A stretch of 64,000 bases of DNA from a virus, in IMG/VR virus record IMGVR_UViG_3300030019_000008. One strand, 5' to 3'. Below the pieces are notes generated by a model. That model was not told the origin of the DNA. It ran no database searches and worked only from the letters and a program-made list of their open reading frames with translations. Made by a program: the position numbers and the translations under genes. Below, piece after piece: positions 29,984 through 40,520 of the stretch; the stretch's first letter is position 1; each line of letters opens with the position of its first letter.

Positions 29984-30394
29984 TTATGGAGTTTTACGCC
30001 TGGCTTCATTATCCAGGGCATTGAGTGCTCCGTTGTTGAACGGTGGTAGGGGTGTGTTCGGATTCGTTGGTACGGACTGCTCTGGAGTCGGATTATGGCT
30101 CTGAGAGGCATCTTCGAAGTGCTTCTTCAATTCTTTGTTCTCTCTCTCAAGGCGATCTACGTCTGCTTTCGTCTTGGTGTACTCTTGAATGAGTTTCTGA
30201 TTGTGCAACTGCAGAAGAGACAGGGAAATGATTTTCGGGACGCTAAACAGATTGATGGTGAGTGAGGCCATTACCAAGCCAAGGACAATGACTTTCTTTT
30301 TGTTATTAGCCAGTGCCGACTTCAGACTCCTCTTTCCGATGATTGCTTCCTTCAGAAAAGGATAGATCAAGCGGAGCAAAAAGGGCTGATACAT
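29984..30394 (-). CDS. Single-pass membrane coiled-coil protein, i-spanin-like
   Basis: KKK followed by a hydrophobic stretch, then coiled coil and Pro-rich tail. GGGAG SD. Confidence 0.6.
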   Translation of the reverse strand: MYQPFLLRLIYPFLKEAIIGKRSLKSALANNKKKVIVLGLVMASLTINLFSVPKIISLSLLQLHNQKLIQEYTKTKADVDRLERENKELKKHFEDASQSHNPTPEQSVPTNPNTPLPPFNNGALNALDNEARRKTP

Positions 30395-30481
30395 CTGGTT
30401 CTCTCCCGTGTGAATGATAAATCGTATGTCTAATCCAGCATTATCTCCTCAATCAGACAAATTGCAATAGGGACATCTACC

Positions 30482-31786
30482 ATGTACTCTCTCAAGGGGT
30501 TTATAGTGGTGTCGGGTCTGGTGGACAATACCGTAGGCGTGAAGTCCGCCATCGGAGAGCTGTCTACCTTTTCTGCCACTTTCACAAAAGAACAAGGCGC
30601 ATACATCTCAGCCTCGTACCCGAACATCCAGCTGCTCACCTTCTCGAGTTTGTCGGATGGATCGATGGTCCCGGTCTCTGATGCCAATCAAAAGAGCACC
30701 TTTGCTGTAGCAGGTGCAGTATACACCGGAATAAACGACCTCTCCAATACATCAGATAGGGCGCTTTTCCTCAATACACTTGTTGCACTTGTCGGCAGCT
30801 CCTACGAAAATGTAGATTGCGGCGAGATGGTGCAACAAGGCGAGCACTGGGCTCCCGAGTGGGTTTCGTGGAATCCTGCAGGCTCAGATGATTTCTTCAA
30901 AATCTGGTTCTCGGACGATAGCTTCCAGGCCCAGTACGATGAATACAGCATCATCGTTGTGCCTCCATTCACACCTGTCGACAATTTCTTCCTGGCCGGT
31001 GACAAGGTCGATGCGGCTCTTGAAGCCGTGACACCGACCTGGATGGTGAACCAGATGCAGTCCGTCAAGAACGGTCATCCAGAAACCTACCTGCAAGTGG
31101 AGTCTTATGACTACCACAACCCCAACAAAACCAGCGACTACATAGCCGCGCAATTCGGAGTGGTGATCTATGGAACATATGGTAACAATGATGACTCGAT
31201 TCGCGATGCCATCGTTGACTACATTCTGGCTAACTCTAGCCATACAAGGGATGAGTGGGTCAAGATTCTCCCGGACCTCTTCAAAAGAACTGAGTTCGTC
31301 ATCGTCCCGTTCTATGACACAATGGCCATCCCTGACAAAACGCTGCAATCGGGAATCTATTCCCCGGTCGTGCAAGTTAAGAAAGTTTTCAGTGCTGTAG
31401 AAGCTGTGTGTTCGGACTATGGCGATACCCACATTTCCTCCTACCTGGAAATGATGTCGCATAACTACAAGTCGTTGATCCTGGCGATTTGTGGTGGTCC
31501 GGATAACCGCAACAGCAAGTTCTACGTCACGGATTACTATCCTGACTACATCGCTGTGCCGACATCCAGCACTGACTTCAACCGGATGAGTGCCACCACC
31601 CAGGAATGGGCTGTTGCACTGGCTACACTTTTGCAGAGAGCTGAAGACCTGACGGCAGTCTCTCAAGTTCCGGCTGGCTTCACGCGGGTGGTCAGAAACA
31701 AGATGGTGTTCCTTGCCATGAACATCAACAAGATCCAATACCTGGCTCTGGCCAAGTTCAACTTTGGCAACACGCTGAAGATCTAA
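30482..31786 (+). CDS. Virion structural protein (phiKZ gp157-like)
   Basis: 434 aa, AGGGA SD, synteny after RNase H. Confidence 0.65.
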   Translation: MYSLKGFIVVSGLVDNTVGVKSAIGELSTFSATFTKEQGAYISASYPNIQLLTFSSLSDGSMVPVSDANQKSTFAVAGAVYTGINDLSNTSDRALFLNTLVALVGSSYENVDCGEMVQQGEHWAPEWVSWNPAGSDDFFKIWFSDDSFQAQYDEYSIIVVPPFTPVDNFFLAGDKVDAALEAVTPTWMVNQMQSVKNGHPETYLQVESYDYHNPNKTSDYIAAQFGVVIYGTYGNNDDSIRDAIVDYILANSSHTRDEWVKILPDLFKRTEFVIVPFYDTMAIPDKTLQSGIYSPVVQVKKVFSAVEAVCSDYGDTHISSYLEMMSHNYKSLILAICGGPDNRNSKFYVTDYYPDYIAVPTSSTDFNRMSATTQEWAVALATLLQRAEDLTAVSQVPAGFTRVVRNKMVFLAMNINKIQYLALAKFNFGNTLKI

Positions 31787-31806
31787 ACTACAGGGAGGGA
31801 TAAGTC

Positions 31807-32463
31807 ATGGGAACAGGCGTGAGCATGATCCCTCCCATCAACGCTTCTGGTGTTTACGCACTTGTTACTCCATTCGACACTAAAGTCGTATCGGGTCTCA
31901 GGTACACGTGCAATGCCGTGCGTACGTTCAAGGAGCTTTTGGCTTCTGGCGTTGATGTGGTGGCGGATTACTACACAGCGAATGGTTTGCAAGAGAGCGA
32001 CTACAATACAGACTACGACAATGGCGTCTGTATCATCACATTGCAATCTTCCAAGGGAGATCTGCTTTATGTTCCGAGCAGCTACATCTCCAGTTATCCG
32101 GACACCTCGGGTGTTCCTTATAACGCCGTCGCTCTTTCAGTGTTGCTGGGTCAGGTGCCCCAGAACATGGATCTGACATACCTCAAGGGTGAATTGGTTG
32201 CTGCGGTTATGGATGCTGCTGGTATCTCGGCAAGTGTTCGGACTGTGACCTATTCGGAAACTACTTGTGTGGCATACGAGACTCATAAGTCTTTGCAAGC
32301 ACAAAGAGACCTGGCTCGCACTCAGAGCCAGACCGAGTATAGCAAGCGTATTGCCGCTGAAGCAGAGCGCGATAGGTTGGCTGAGCGACTGGCTGCCTTG
32401 GAGAAGTTCATCACCAGCAATGCTAGCTTGGTGTTGCAAGATGGAACCATCAAAGTGAAGTAA
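31807..32463 (+). CDS. Probable virion structural protein with C-terminal coiled coil
   Basis: 218 aa, GGAGG SD. Confidence 0.65.
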   Translation: MGTGVSMIPPINASGVYALVTPFDTKVVSGLRYTCNAVRTFKELLASGVDVVADYYTANGLQESDYNTDYDNGVCIITLQSSKGDLLYVPSSYISSYPDTSGVPYNAVALSVLLGQVPQNMDLTYLKGELVAAVMDAAGISASVRTVTYSETTCVAYETHKSLQAQRDLARTQSQTEYSKRIAAEAERDRLAERLAALEKFITSNASLVLQDGTIKVK

Positions 32464-32467
32464 TGGC

Positions 32468-32504
32468 ATATCCCACACACTGGACAAACCAGTGTGTGGG
32501 ATAT
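32468..32504. terminator. 16-bp perfect hairpin between convergent genes
   Basis: ATATCCCACACACTGG-ACAAA-CCAGTGTGTGGGATAT, flanked by GGCATA and TATGT. Confidence 0.75.
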
Positions 32505-32511
32505 ATGTCGC

Positions 32512-33495
32512 TTAGTTGATATTCGTACCAGAGACTGTACCAGTAGCCACAATGTTACCCGTCGTGATAATGTTGCCATTACCAGTAAGAGTACCAGTGA
32601 ATTTACCACCACCGCCCATGTTGGACATACCTGTCACAGACAGCCCAGCCATCATTGCAGCAGCTCCACTAACTGTAGCAGTCCCATTAATGGTTGTAGG
32701 ACCATTGATGGTGTTACTACTTCCAGTAACGGTATTGCTGCTACCAGAGACTATGCTGGTAGAACCACCGGCCTTAGAATCAAAGTTGCTACCTGCTTCA
32801 AAACTGATGTTACCTCCTGCTGTGAACTTCATATCTTGCACAGCATGAACATGAACATTCTCAGCCTTGATATTGGCAAACGATCCATCCATGTTCTGCA
32901 ATGTGAACTCGTGTGTTTGAGAGTTCATATTGATGAAGTTACCGATATCATCCTGGATCTGAAGAAAGCCTTGATCCGTATTGAGCTGGATATCGTAGCC
33001 AAATGGTTCACCATTCGCTACTGTGGTATGGATGTGGATGTGCTTTTTGTGGGTTGACACTTCTATGTAGTAGAAGTTATCATCATCCACATTAGCGCTC
33101 TCATCCTTAGTACCACTGAAACCCCAGATAACTGTCTCCAGCTTACGAAGCTTAGAACCTATTCCTCTGGTAGTCCAGTAGTACTTATCGGTATCAGCAA
33201 ACTGATAGACGTCTACTTTCTCACCACGGCGTACGTCAGGGGCTGTGAGACGTTGAGAGTCGCCGATAGGTAACCACTTAGCTTTGACGCTCAAAGACGT
33301 CGTGGTGCTCGTTTGATAGGCCTTGCCATCGGCATCCTGCGATGAATTGATCTTGGTTTCTGCATTGTCGGTGATTTCGCCATCCATCATGGGGAACTGT
33401 TCCGTCAATGTTACCTCGATCTCCATGGAATCAAGAGGCTTGTTGGCAGCCACGATACCGATGGAGACCGGCGTCAACTGACTCATTTTAGGCAT
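32512..33495 (-). CDS. Baseplate central spike (phiKZ gp164 / gp5-VgrG-like)
   Basis: OB-fold-like TAPDVRRGEKV and a C-terminal beta-helix of Gly/Thr/Asn repeats. Adjacent to sbcC as in phiKZ. Confidence 0.75.
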   Translation of the reverse strand: MPKMSQLTPVSIGIVAANKPLDSMEIEVTLTEQFPMMDGEITDNAETKINSSQDADGKAYQTSTTTSLSVKAKWLPIGDSQRLTAPDVRRGEKVDVYQFADTDKYYWTTRGIGSKLRKLETVIWGFSGTKDESANVDDDNFYYIEVSTHKKHIHIHTTVANGEPFGYDIQLNTDQGFLQIQDDIGNFINMNSQTHEFTLQNMDGSFANIKAENVHVHAVQDMKFTAGGNISFEAGSNFDSKAGGSTSIVSGSSNTVTGSSNTINGPTTINGTATVSGAAAMMAGLSVTGMSNMGGGGKFTGTLTGNGNIITTGNIVATGTVSGTNIN

Positions 33496-33549
33496 TTTAT
33501 ATATCCACCTATTCTTTATGATAGGACATTAGAGGTATTGGGGAGCATC

Positions 33550-36051
33550 ATGAAATTATTGAGTATCGAACTCTCAGGATACGAGAGAATGGCAATCAGT
33601 GGTTCGACTAAGATCAAGATTGATTTCAGTCAACCCTACCAACTCATCCTGGGTAAAAATGGTTCTGGTAAGTCGTCTCTTCTGGAAGAGCTCTCACCGC
33701 TTCCTGCTCACCAGTCAAACTATTCGAAAGGCGGATACAAAATTGTTGTGATTGAACATCGCGGCAAGACGTATCGACTGGAGAGCAGGTTTGGTAAAGA
33801 TATCAAGCACTTCTTTATTACTGAGGATGAAGAGAACCTCAATGAAGGCGGCACTGTCACGGTTCAGCGTGAGTTGGTGAAGCAGCACTTTGGTATCACG
33901 CCTGAGATCCACAAACTGCTATCAGGCCTTGATCCGTTCACGGAGATGGATACGGGTAAGCGTCGTGAGTGGTTTACCAAGCTATCTGTGGCTGACTACA
34001 CATACGCAGTCACTCTTTACAATCGCATTAAGGATTCTCACAGGGACACACTGGGTGCATTGAAGATTGCAAAGAACAGGCTGGTGGCTGAAACCAACAA
34101 GACTGCTAAGCCGGAGGATATCGAAAAGCTCGAAGCTGAAGTCGTCAGCATCAACAACGAGCTTCGACTGCTCTATGAGAACAAGAGTATCGACCACGGC
34201 GATTACAATGAGTTGCTTGGTGCAGAAGCTACTCTCAGTGAGAAGATCGAAAAGATCATCGCATACATTGCAGACACTGCTGCGAGCTTTGCTAAAACCA
34301 GGTTGTTTACTAACATTGGTGAAGCTGAGCAAATGTACGCCAGGCTTGAAGAAGCGCAGGTTATTCTCAAGACGAAGATCAAGGAAGCAGTTGAGCGTAT
34401 TGAAGAGATGCGTTCTGAACACCGTAGGGCAATGAGTGCATCGGCTACAAATGTGGGGGATTTGCAAACCCGCAGTGAAGCACTTAAGAAGTTGATCGCT
34501 TCCACTCTGAGCTCACGGGTAATCAGTATCCCATTTGATTCCGGTATTGCTGATGCCAAGCAAAGACTGGATGCATTTGACCAGATGCACGATGGCTTCT
34601 TGGAATACTCTTCTCGATTGATTGCTGACCCTGACCGGACAGCTACATCCGAGGTTGAGCGTGCTCTTGTCGAGAAGATGGCTGCTCGAGACCTCACGAG
34701 CAAGATGATCCTTGACGATGAACGAAAAGTCAAAGATCAGATCCTGCATATGGAACATCAAAAAGATGGTGGTGAGACTGAATGCCCGAAATGTGCACAC
34801 AGATGGATTCCTGGCTATTCTGCCAAGACATACGAGGATGCCAAGATCAAGCTCTCTTCAATCCTTGCTGCAAAAGAGAAGATTGGAACTGAGATCAACT
34901 CTATCCGCACTGAGCATAATCGCGTTACAGCCATCCTGTTCGCTCAAAGTGAGATCAATAGGTACATGCAGGCATGGCCTAACTTCGGGCCGTTCTGGAA
35001 GTATCTGTCGGCCAAGAATGTGTATCGCAACGATCCTCAATCTATCGGATCTGAACTGCAGCATTTGAGGCATGACCTCTGGCTCGAATGTGAAGCAAGA
35101 GAGCATGAGATTCATCTTGAGAAAATCAGCGCTGAGCTGGCTATCATTGCTAACTCCGACCTGCAAAACACGACGCAGGTTATCAAGAAGCATGATGAAC
35201 TTGAAGACCGCATCTCCAACCTCACTCAGGATTTGGTTGCTGTTCAGGATAAGCTCAAGCGTTACAAGTTCTATATCGAAAGTTGGTATGGAACTCAAAA
35301 GGCTTTGGAGGAAGCTGTAGCGATCTGTACTGAACGTGAGAAGAATGTGGATGAAACTATCCACTCGATACGTCAGACGATCATTGAGGGCTGTATTAAG
35401 CGTCACCAGATCACTCTGGGTATGAAAGAGAAAGAGCTCAACGATATCAGAATGCAAGCTGGTATTGTCAGAGATCTTCAGAGACAGATTGAAGGTCTCA
35501 CCAGCAAAGTCGAAGAGTTCAAAGCCGTGCTGGCGGCTCTTTCTCCCACAGAAGGTTTGATCGCTGAAGGGATGTTGGGGTTCATAAAAGTTTTTGTAGC
35601 AAAGATGAACCATCTTATAGGAAAGACATGGAGTTATCCGCTTGAGGTAGTACCATGTGGATTGAACAGTGAAGGTAGTGTGGATCTTGATTACAAGTTT
35701 CCGCTTATTTCAGAAGCCAGCAATAGACCCGTTCCTGACGTAGTTGTCGGTAGTCGCGGAATGAAAGAGATCGTCAATCTCGTTTTCAGGGTTGTTGCAT
35801 TGCAATATCTTGGCTTGGCGGATGTTCCGCTCTACCTTGATGAATTTGCCTCAGCGTTAGATAGCTCCCATCGCAGATCCAGTGTGGATCTGATCAAGAT
35901 GATGATGACTCAGATGTCCTTTAGCCAGATGTTTATGGTGAGTCATGATTTTTCGCAGTATGGTGCTTTGTCAGATGTGGAAGTTTGTGCATTGACAGAA
36001 GACAACATTGTTTTACCTCCGAAGTATAACGAACACGTTTCCTTCACCTGA
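33550..36051 (+). CDS. sbcC: SbcC/Rad50 SMC-family ATPase (phiKZ gp165-like)
   Basis: Walker A GKNGSGKS, coiled coils, Zn-hook CPKC, GSRG signature, LYLDE and VSHD. Confidence 0.92.
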   Translation: MKLLSIELSGYERMAISGSTKIKIDFSQPYQLILGKNGSGKSSLLEELSPLPAHQSNYSKGGYKIVVIEHRGKTYRLESRFGKDIKHFFITEDEENLNEGGTVTVQRELVKQHFGITPEIHKLLSGLDPFTEMDTGKRREWFTKLSVADYTYAVTLYNRIKDSHRDTLGALKIAKNRLVAETNKTAKPEDIEKLEAEVVSINNELRLLYENKSIDHGDYNELLGAEATLSEKIEKIIAYIADTAASFAKTRLFTNIGEAEQMYARLEEAQVILKTKIKEAVERIEEMRSEHRRAMSASATNVGDLQTRSEALKKLIASTLSSRVISIPFDSGIADAKQRLDAFDQMHDGFLEYSSRLIADPDRTATSEVERALVEKMAARDLTSKMILDDERKVKDQILHMEHQKDGGETECPKCAHRWIPGYSAKTYEDAKIKLSSILAAKEKIGTEINSIRTEHNRVTAILFAQSEINRYMQAWPNFGPFWKYLSAKNVYRNDPQSIGSELQHLRHDLWLECEAREHEIHLEKISAELAIIANSDLQNTTQVIKKHDELEDRISNLTQDLVAVQDKLKRYKFYIESWYGTQKALEEAVAICTEREKNVDETIHSIRQTIIEGCIKRHQITLGMKEKELNDIRMQAGIVRDLQRQIEGLTSKVEEFKAVLAALSPTEGLIAEGMLGFIKVFVAKMNHLIGKTWSYPLEVVPCGLNSEGSVDLDYKFPLISEASNRPVPDVVVGSRGMKEIVNLVFRVVALQYLGLADVPLYLDEFASALDSSHRRSSVDLIKMMMTQMSFSQMFMVSHDFSQYGALSDVEVCALTEDNIVLPPKYNEHVSFT

Positions 36052-36067
36052 GCAGCAAATGCGGTAA

Positions 36068-36103
36068 ACACTACTAAACGGGGTCACTCCCGTTTAGTAG
36101 TGT
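36068..36103. terminator. 15-bp perfect hairpin between convergent genes
   Basis: ACACTACTAAACGGG-GTCACT-CCCGTTTAGTAGTGT followed by GCTTTATGCCGTTATGC. Confidence 0.75.
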
Positions 36104-36114
36104 GCTTTATGCCG

Positions 36115-37359
36115 TTATGCAGCAATATCGGTTGCAATAAGAAGAAAGTGTGCGCCAGGCTTTTGTTGCTCATCAGTCGGTACACGCTGATCGCTCAGAC
36201 CCTTCATGGAGTTTGCCATGCCAGTTCTGAACAGGAAGTTGTTACGCGCACAGCTTCTGGTGGAGAGGCAATAGATCCCATCTTCATACTGAGCCCAGTA
36301 CTCCAGCATCTTGCCACGATCCCCTACCAAAGGCTTATTGGGCTTGCCTACAGTAAAGTAGTTGCCAGAGAATGGAGTGATCTCCACAAACTCTTTCCCG
36401 GTATAGATGTCGGCATTGTCGATGAGAATGACAAAGCTTTGGGAGAGTGTCATGTACTTCTTGAGCACATCGTCGGATAGCACTTCAGCACGATCAACCA
36501 GTGCAGGATTCTTGTACGTGTAATCGGTCAGACCCAGACTCAAGATATCAAGCTTACCGATGGATTCCAGAATCCGCTCATACAAAGGGATGTTGAGGAA
36601 TTCAAAAGAGATGAGTCGTTCGCTTACCTGCCTGATGGTATTGCTGTCACACAGATGCAGATATCCACCGATACTGACTGCCACTGTCCTGTCACCGATG
36701 TCTTCACTCAGAGCGATGTAAGCTCTGGTGGAGTAGGGTACATTGGCATCTTGCTTTTGCACCATATTCTCAGTAATGGGAATCTGCTTGATAGTACCCA
36801 CATCCTTGAAGCTGTAGATACCCAAGGCATTCATACTCGAAGTTCTGCGAGTCTTATTGGCATCCATGACATAGACACCGTTAGTATCATAGTCAGACAG
36901 ATGCAAATACCCATTCACGCTGAACAAACAGTTGTTATAGATGCTGGCATAGTCGACTCCACTCTTGGTCAGGACAATTGCTGTCTTCTCCGAACCAGGT
37001 AGCTGTGCCGTAGCCGATGCATCAGGATAAATGGGCGTTACGTCAAAGCCGGCTTGAAATACATCGTTGTATTTCACATAGCCAAACTTCAAAGACGGGT
37101 ATTGATCAGTACCAACTAATGCCTTAGCACCGATAGATGCGAAGTACTGATCAGGTGTCAGAGTCGAGTAATAGCAGGTTGCCTTGATGCTATCGAAGTC
37201 GAAATTGATGTTCTGCTCGAGCACATCGTTATAGACAATTGCAAAGAGTTTGTCGAATGTTTGATAGATTGTGGCAAGAGACATTGCTGAGACATCGACC
37301 TTCTCCCAGCGTGACTTTTGGTCGGCGTACTTGCCCACTGCCGAAACCAGTTTGTACAT
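36115..37359 (-). CDS. Virion structural protein (phiKZ gp130-like)
   Basis: 414 aa, GAGG SD, divergent from the fibre genes. Assignment by size and context. Confidence 0.6.
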   Translation of the reverse strand: MYKLVSAVGKYADQKSRWEKVDVSAMSLATIYQTFDKLFAIVYNDVLEQNINFDFDSIKATCYYSTLTPDQYFASIGAKALVGTDQYPSLKFGYVKYNDVFQAGFDVTPIYPDASATAQLPGSEKTAIVLTKSGVDYASIYNNCLFSVNGYLHLSDYDTNGVYVMDANKTRRTSSMNALGIYSFKDVGTIKQIPITENMVQKQDANVPYSTRAYIALSEDIGDRTVAVSIGGYLHLCDSNTIRQVSERLISFEFLNIPLYERILESIGKLDILSLGLTDYTYKNPALVDRAEVLSDDVLKKYMTLSQSFVILIDNADIYTGKEFVEITPFSGNYFTVGKPNKPLVGDRGKMLEYWAQYEDGIYCLSTRSCARNNFLFRTGMANSMKGLSDQRVPTDEQQKPGAHFLLIATDIAA

Positions 37360-37448
37360 TTTATACCTCGGACGCTAATAGCAAATAGTTTGAGTAAGAA
37401 TCGAATCTCGACGAGATCGTAATAAATTGCAACCCTAGGATCGCAACT

Positions 37449-40400
37449 ATGACTCCCACCAACGCGTATCCGTTTGATCCTACCGGTGTTAGCACCGCAA
37501 ACAAGATCACCGGAGAGCAGCAAATCCTCACGAAAGTCAACTATCGCGACTTTCAGTTCATCATTCCCGCACAAGCTCCATTTTTCAGGGCAGGTCTTAA
37601 CCTGTCCTTTACCAATAAGACTGACGGAACGACAAGAACCCTCGTTGAAGGGCAAGATTACGTTCTGACACACGAATTCCTTGCAGCCACTCGTTCTTGC
37701 GCAAAGCCTATCTACGGCTCGATTTCTTTCATCGATACCGATCTTGAAGGCGTGGTTACTTTCAATTCCTACCAGACGATTGGCGGCGTTTGGACCATAT
37801 CCACGAATGACATCAACTACCTGCTCACCACTGCTACTTCCAACCCTCGCATCACGAGCTGGGATGCCGTGGCTGAGCTGCCTGCTACTTTCCCGGTGAT
37901 TGATCACCAGTGGGATCTGGTGGATATGGTGGGGTTGTCTCAGGTGGTGGCTGAGTTGGTGAACATCTACGAGGCGCTGCTGCTCAAGAGCGGCAATGCC
38001 CAGCTCGCTACCTACACCATCAGTCAGATCAATGATCTGCTTGCCAAGAAACTCGATGCGACGGGTAAGGCTGTTTCCGCAGCGACATCCGATGCAATTG
38101 ACGGCATGCATCTGACTGAGCTGATGACGTACATTCTGGGCGGGACTGCAGCAAATGCCGAGAAGTTCAATGGCATGACCTATGACCAGGTGATCTCCAA
38201 TCTCTCGACATCTGTGGCGAATAACGCTACGACTCTTCAAGGTAAGAGTCTGTCTGACATTTTGGCAAGCACTGTTGCCAATGCCAGCAAGCTCGGTGGC
38301 AAGACACTGGCTGAAGTACTCGCCAGTATTCAGATGACAGCGCAGGAAGTGGGAGATCTCAATGCGAGCCAGACTGAGTTCTCTGATCTCGCAGCAATTG
38401 GTGGGTACGCGAGCAGGTGGTCGTACATCGGCATGATTGATATGTCGAACTATACGGCTGCTGATTCTGCTGCTTCTGTAATCACTACTGTCGCAACGGA
38501 TCACGCACACCACCCAGCTACATACATGGTCTCTCTGGGATACAATCTCAGTGGCTCTGCCAAGTATGACCTGAATGTTCTGAACCTGACTCGTGACAAC
38601 GGTGCTGTTGAGTTCGGCTATGCCGTGTCTCAGGTCAACGGAGTGGATACGTATCTGTCGCTGTATGTGCGCACTGCTACGGATCGATCGAGGATTGTTA
38701 ATACGTCCTTGTCGAAAGCACTTGGTCTGATTACGACTGACAACAACTATACCGACGAGCCCGCTGGTATTGTCTATGCGAGTGAAGTCAAGTTCGCGTA
38801 TCTGTCGGAACTGCAATCGGCCAACCTGAACATCGCACAGTCGCAAAGCGACATCACCAACATCAAGAATACCCTGACTTCGGTTTGGGGCAAGCTCGGT
38901 AGCCTTGATAGTTCGCGAACGACTGACGAGACCAACATCAGTAACCTGCAATCTGGACTGAGCACCACCAATACGAATGTCTCGAAGAATACTGACGCCA
39001 TCAGTAGCCTTCAGACTACTGTGACGGGTGTGCAGAAGACGGTCAGTGACAATAAGGCTGCGACGGATAGCTCCATCTCATCCCTTCAGTCCGACGTCAG
39101 CAGTCTCAAGACTTCCAGGACATCTGACGAGCAAGCAATCAGCACTCTTCAGTCTGGTGTCAGCGGCATCAACACCACCCTGACCCAGATGCAGGCTGAA
39201 GATACCAGTCTTCAGCAGCAGATTACCAGCCTCTCGCAGAGTGTGGGTACAAACGGTACTAATACCAACTCTGTCATCAGTGCAATCCAGACTGATGTGT
39301 CCAGCTTGAAGGCGAGCCGCACTTCTGATGAACAAGCCATCAGTTCACTGCAATCGACAGTATCGGGTCATACTTCCTCGATCTCTGGAATCATTACATC
39401 GATTTCCAGTATTCAGGGTAAGCAGGCCACTGATGAGACCAATATCTCAAACCTGCAATCCGGTTTGAGCACGCTGCAGTCTACGGTGTCCGGCATCAAT
39501 GCTGAAGTGGGCACAATGGGGAATCTCACTACCTCTTCGAAAGATACGGTGGTTAATGCCATCAACTCTTTGAAGTCAGCTGTGGATTCGAACAGCAGCG
39601 CTATTGGAACCACCAACAGCAATGTCTCGGGTAACACTACCGCCATTAGCGGTCTTGCGACCAGAATGGGTGCCGCTGAAACCAATATTGGCAACATCAA
39701 CTCCGCACTGAATAACTATCAGGTGAAGTCTGCGTTGCTGACGGCTTTGGCGGGGATGTCTGCGAGCACTACTGGTCTGATTCGCGCGAATGGCAGTGGC
39801 GGGTTTACATTCGATCAGACCAGTTACCAGACGGCGGATGCTGACTTGACGGCTATTGCTGGACTCAGTGATTCTTCGGTAGGTTTGCTCAAGAAGACCG
39901 GAACAAACTCCTGGACACTGGACAACAGCACCTATCTGACCGGCATCACCAGTTCCATGGTCACTTCGGCTCTAGGATACACTCCATTGAGTGGAATCAA
40001 TAGCTCCATGGTAACGAGCGCTCTTGGTTTCACTCCGCTCGGTGGGCTCTCAGCAGCAATGGTAGCTTCGGCCTTGGGATATGCGCCCATGAATGCAGCC
40101 GATGTTACTCAAACACTGGTTGCGTCTTTGCTTGCAGGCGCCACAGTGAATGGTGACGTCACTATTACGGGCACGCTGTTTGCCAATACCAACCTCACGC
40201 TGACTTCGGATGAACGTTTGAAGACCAACTGGCGTGATAAGGGTGATGACTACGTGTGGCGGCTGTCATCTGTTCTGGCTGGTGTCTATGATCGTACAGA
40301 CATCAAACAGACCAATGTGGGTGTGGGTGCTCAGTCGCTTCAGGATGTGTTGCCCGAAGCAGTTCAGATGGATGAGAATGGGTATCTGGGCGTGAACTAT

Positions 40401-40508
40401 GGCAATGCTGCTTTGTATTCGGCAGTGAAGCTTGCCAAGTTGGCTGTTAAGCAGGATGAACTTATTCACCAGCTTATTGCCCGCATCGAGGCACTTGAGA
40501 AACGGTGA
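37449..40508 (+). CDS. Long tail fibre with C-terminal intramolecular chaperone (peptidase S74-type)
   Basis: YPFDPTG anchor domain, heptad-repeat shaft, DADLTAIAGL repeats, and TSDERLKTN...GVGAQ...PEAV...GVNYG. Confidence 0.85.
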   Translation: MTPTNAYPFDPTGVSTANKITGEQQILTKVNYRDFQFIIPAQAPFFRAGLNLSFTNKTDGTTRTLVEGQDYVLTHEFLAATRSCAKPIYGSISFIDTDLEGVVTFNSYQTIGGVWTISTNDINYLLTTATSNPRITSWDAVAELPATFPVIDHQWDLVDMVGLSQVVAELVNIYEALLLKSGNAQLATYTISQINDLLAKKLDATGKAVSAATSDAIDGMHLTELMTYILGGTAANAEKFNGMTYDQVISNLSTSVANNATTLQGKSLSDILASTVANASKLGGKTLAEVLASIQMTAQEVGDLNASQTEFSDLAAIGGYASRWSYIGMIDMSNYTAADSAASVITTVATDHAHHPATYMVSLGYNLSGSAKYDLNVLNLTRDNGAVEFGYAVSQVNGVDTYLSLYVRTATDRSRIVNTSLSKALGLITTDNNYTDEPAGIVYASEVKFAYLSELQSANLNIAQSQSDITNIKNTLTSVWGKLGSLDSSRTTDETNISNLQSGLSTTNTNVSKNTDAISSLQTTVTGVQKTVSDNKAATDSSISSLQSDVSSLKTSRTSDEQAISTLQSGVSGINTTLTQMQAEDTSLQQQITSLSQSVGTNGTNTNSVISAIQTDVSSLKASRTSDEQAISSLQSTVSGHTSSISGIITSISSIQGKQATDETNISNLQSGLSTLQSTVSGINAEVGTMGNLTTSSKDTVVNAINSLKSAVDSNSSAIGTTNSNVSGNTTAISGLATRMGAAETNIGNINSALNNYQVKSALLTALAGMSASTTGLIRANGSGGFTFDQTSYQTADADLTAIAGLSDSSVGLLKKTGTNSWTLDNSTYLTGITSSMVTSALGYTPLSGINSSMVTSALGFTPLGGLSAAMVASALGYAPMNAADVTQTLVASLLAGATVNGDVTITGTLFANTNLTLTSDERLKTNWRDKGDDYVWRLSSVLAGVYDRTDIKQTNVGVGAQSLQDVLPEAVQMDENGYLGVNYGNAALYSAVKLAKLAVKQDELIHQLIARIEALEKR
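39942..40094 (+). repeat. Three tandem 51-bp / 17-aa repeats in the fibre
   Basis: GITSSMVTSALGYTPLS / GINSSMVTSALGFTPLG / GLSAAMVASALGYAPMN. Confidence 0.85.
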
Positions 40509-40520
40509 TGACTTAGGTTG

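Noticed and set aside
37158-38951. 597-aa - strand ORF
   Set aside because: Antisense shadow of the tail fibre gene. The same applies to the other long opposite-strand ORFs (884-1861, 8481-9515, 42944-44122, 54846-55973, 57176-58339).
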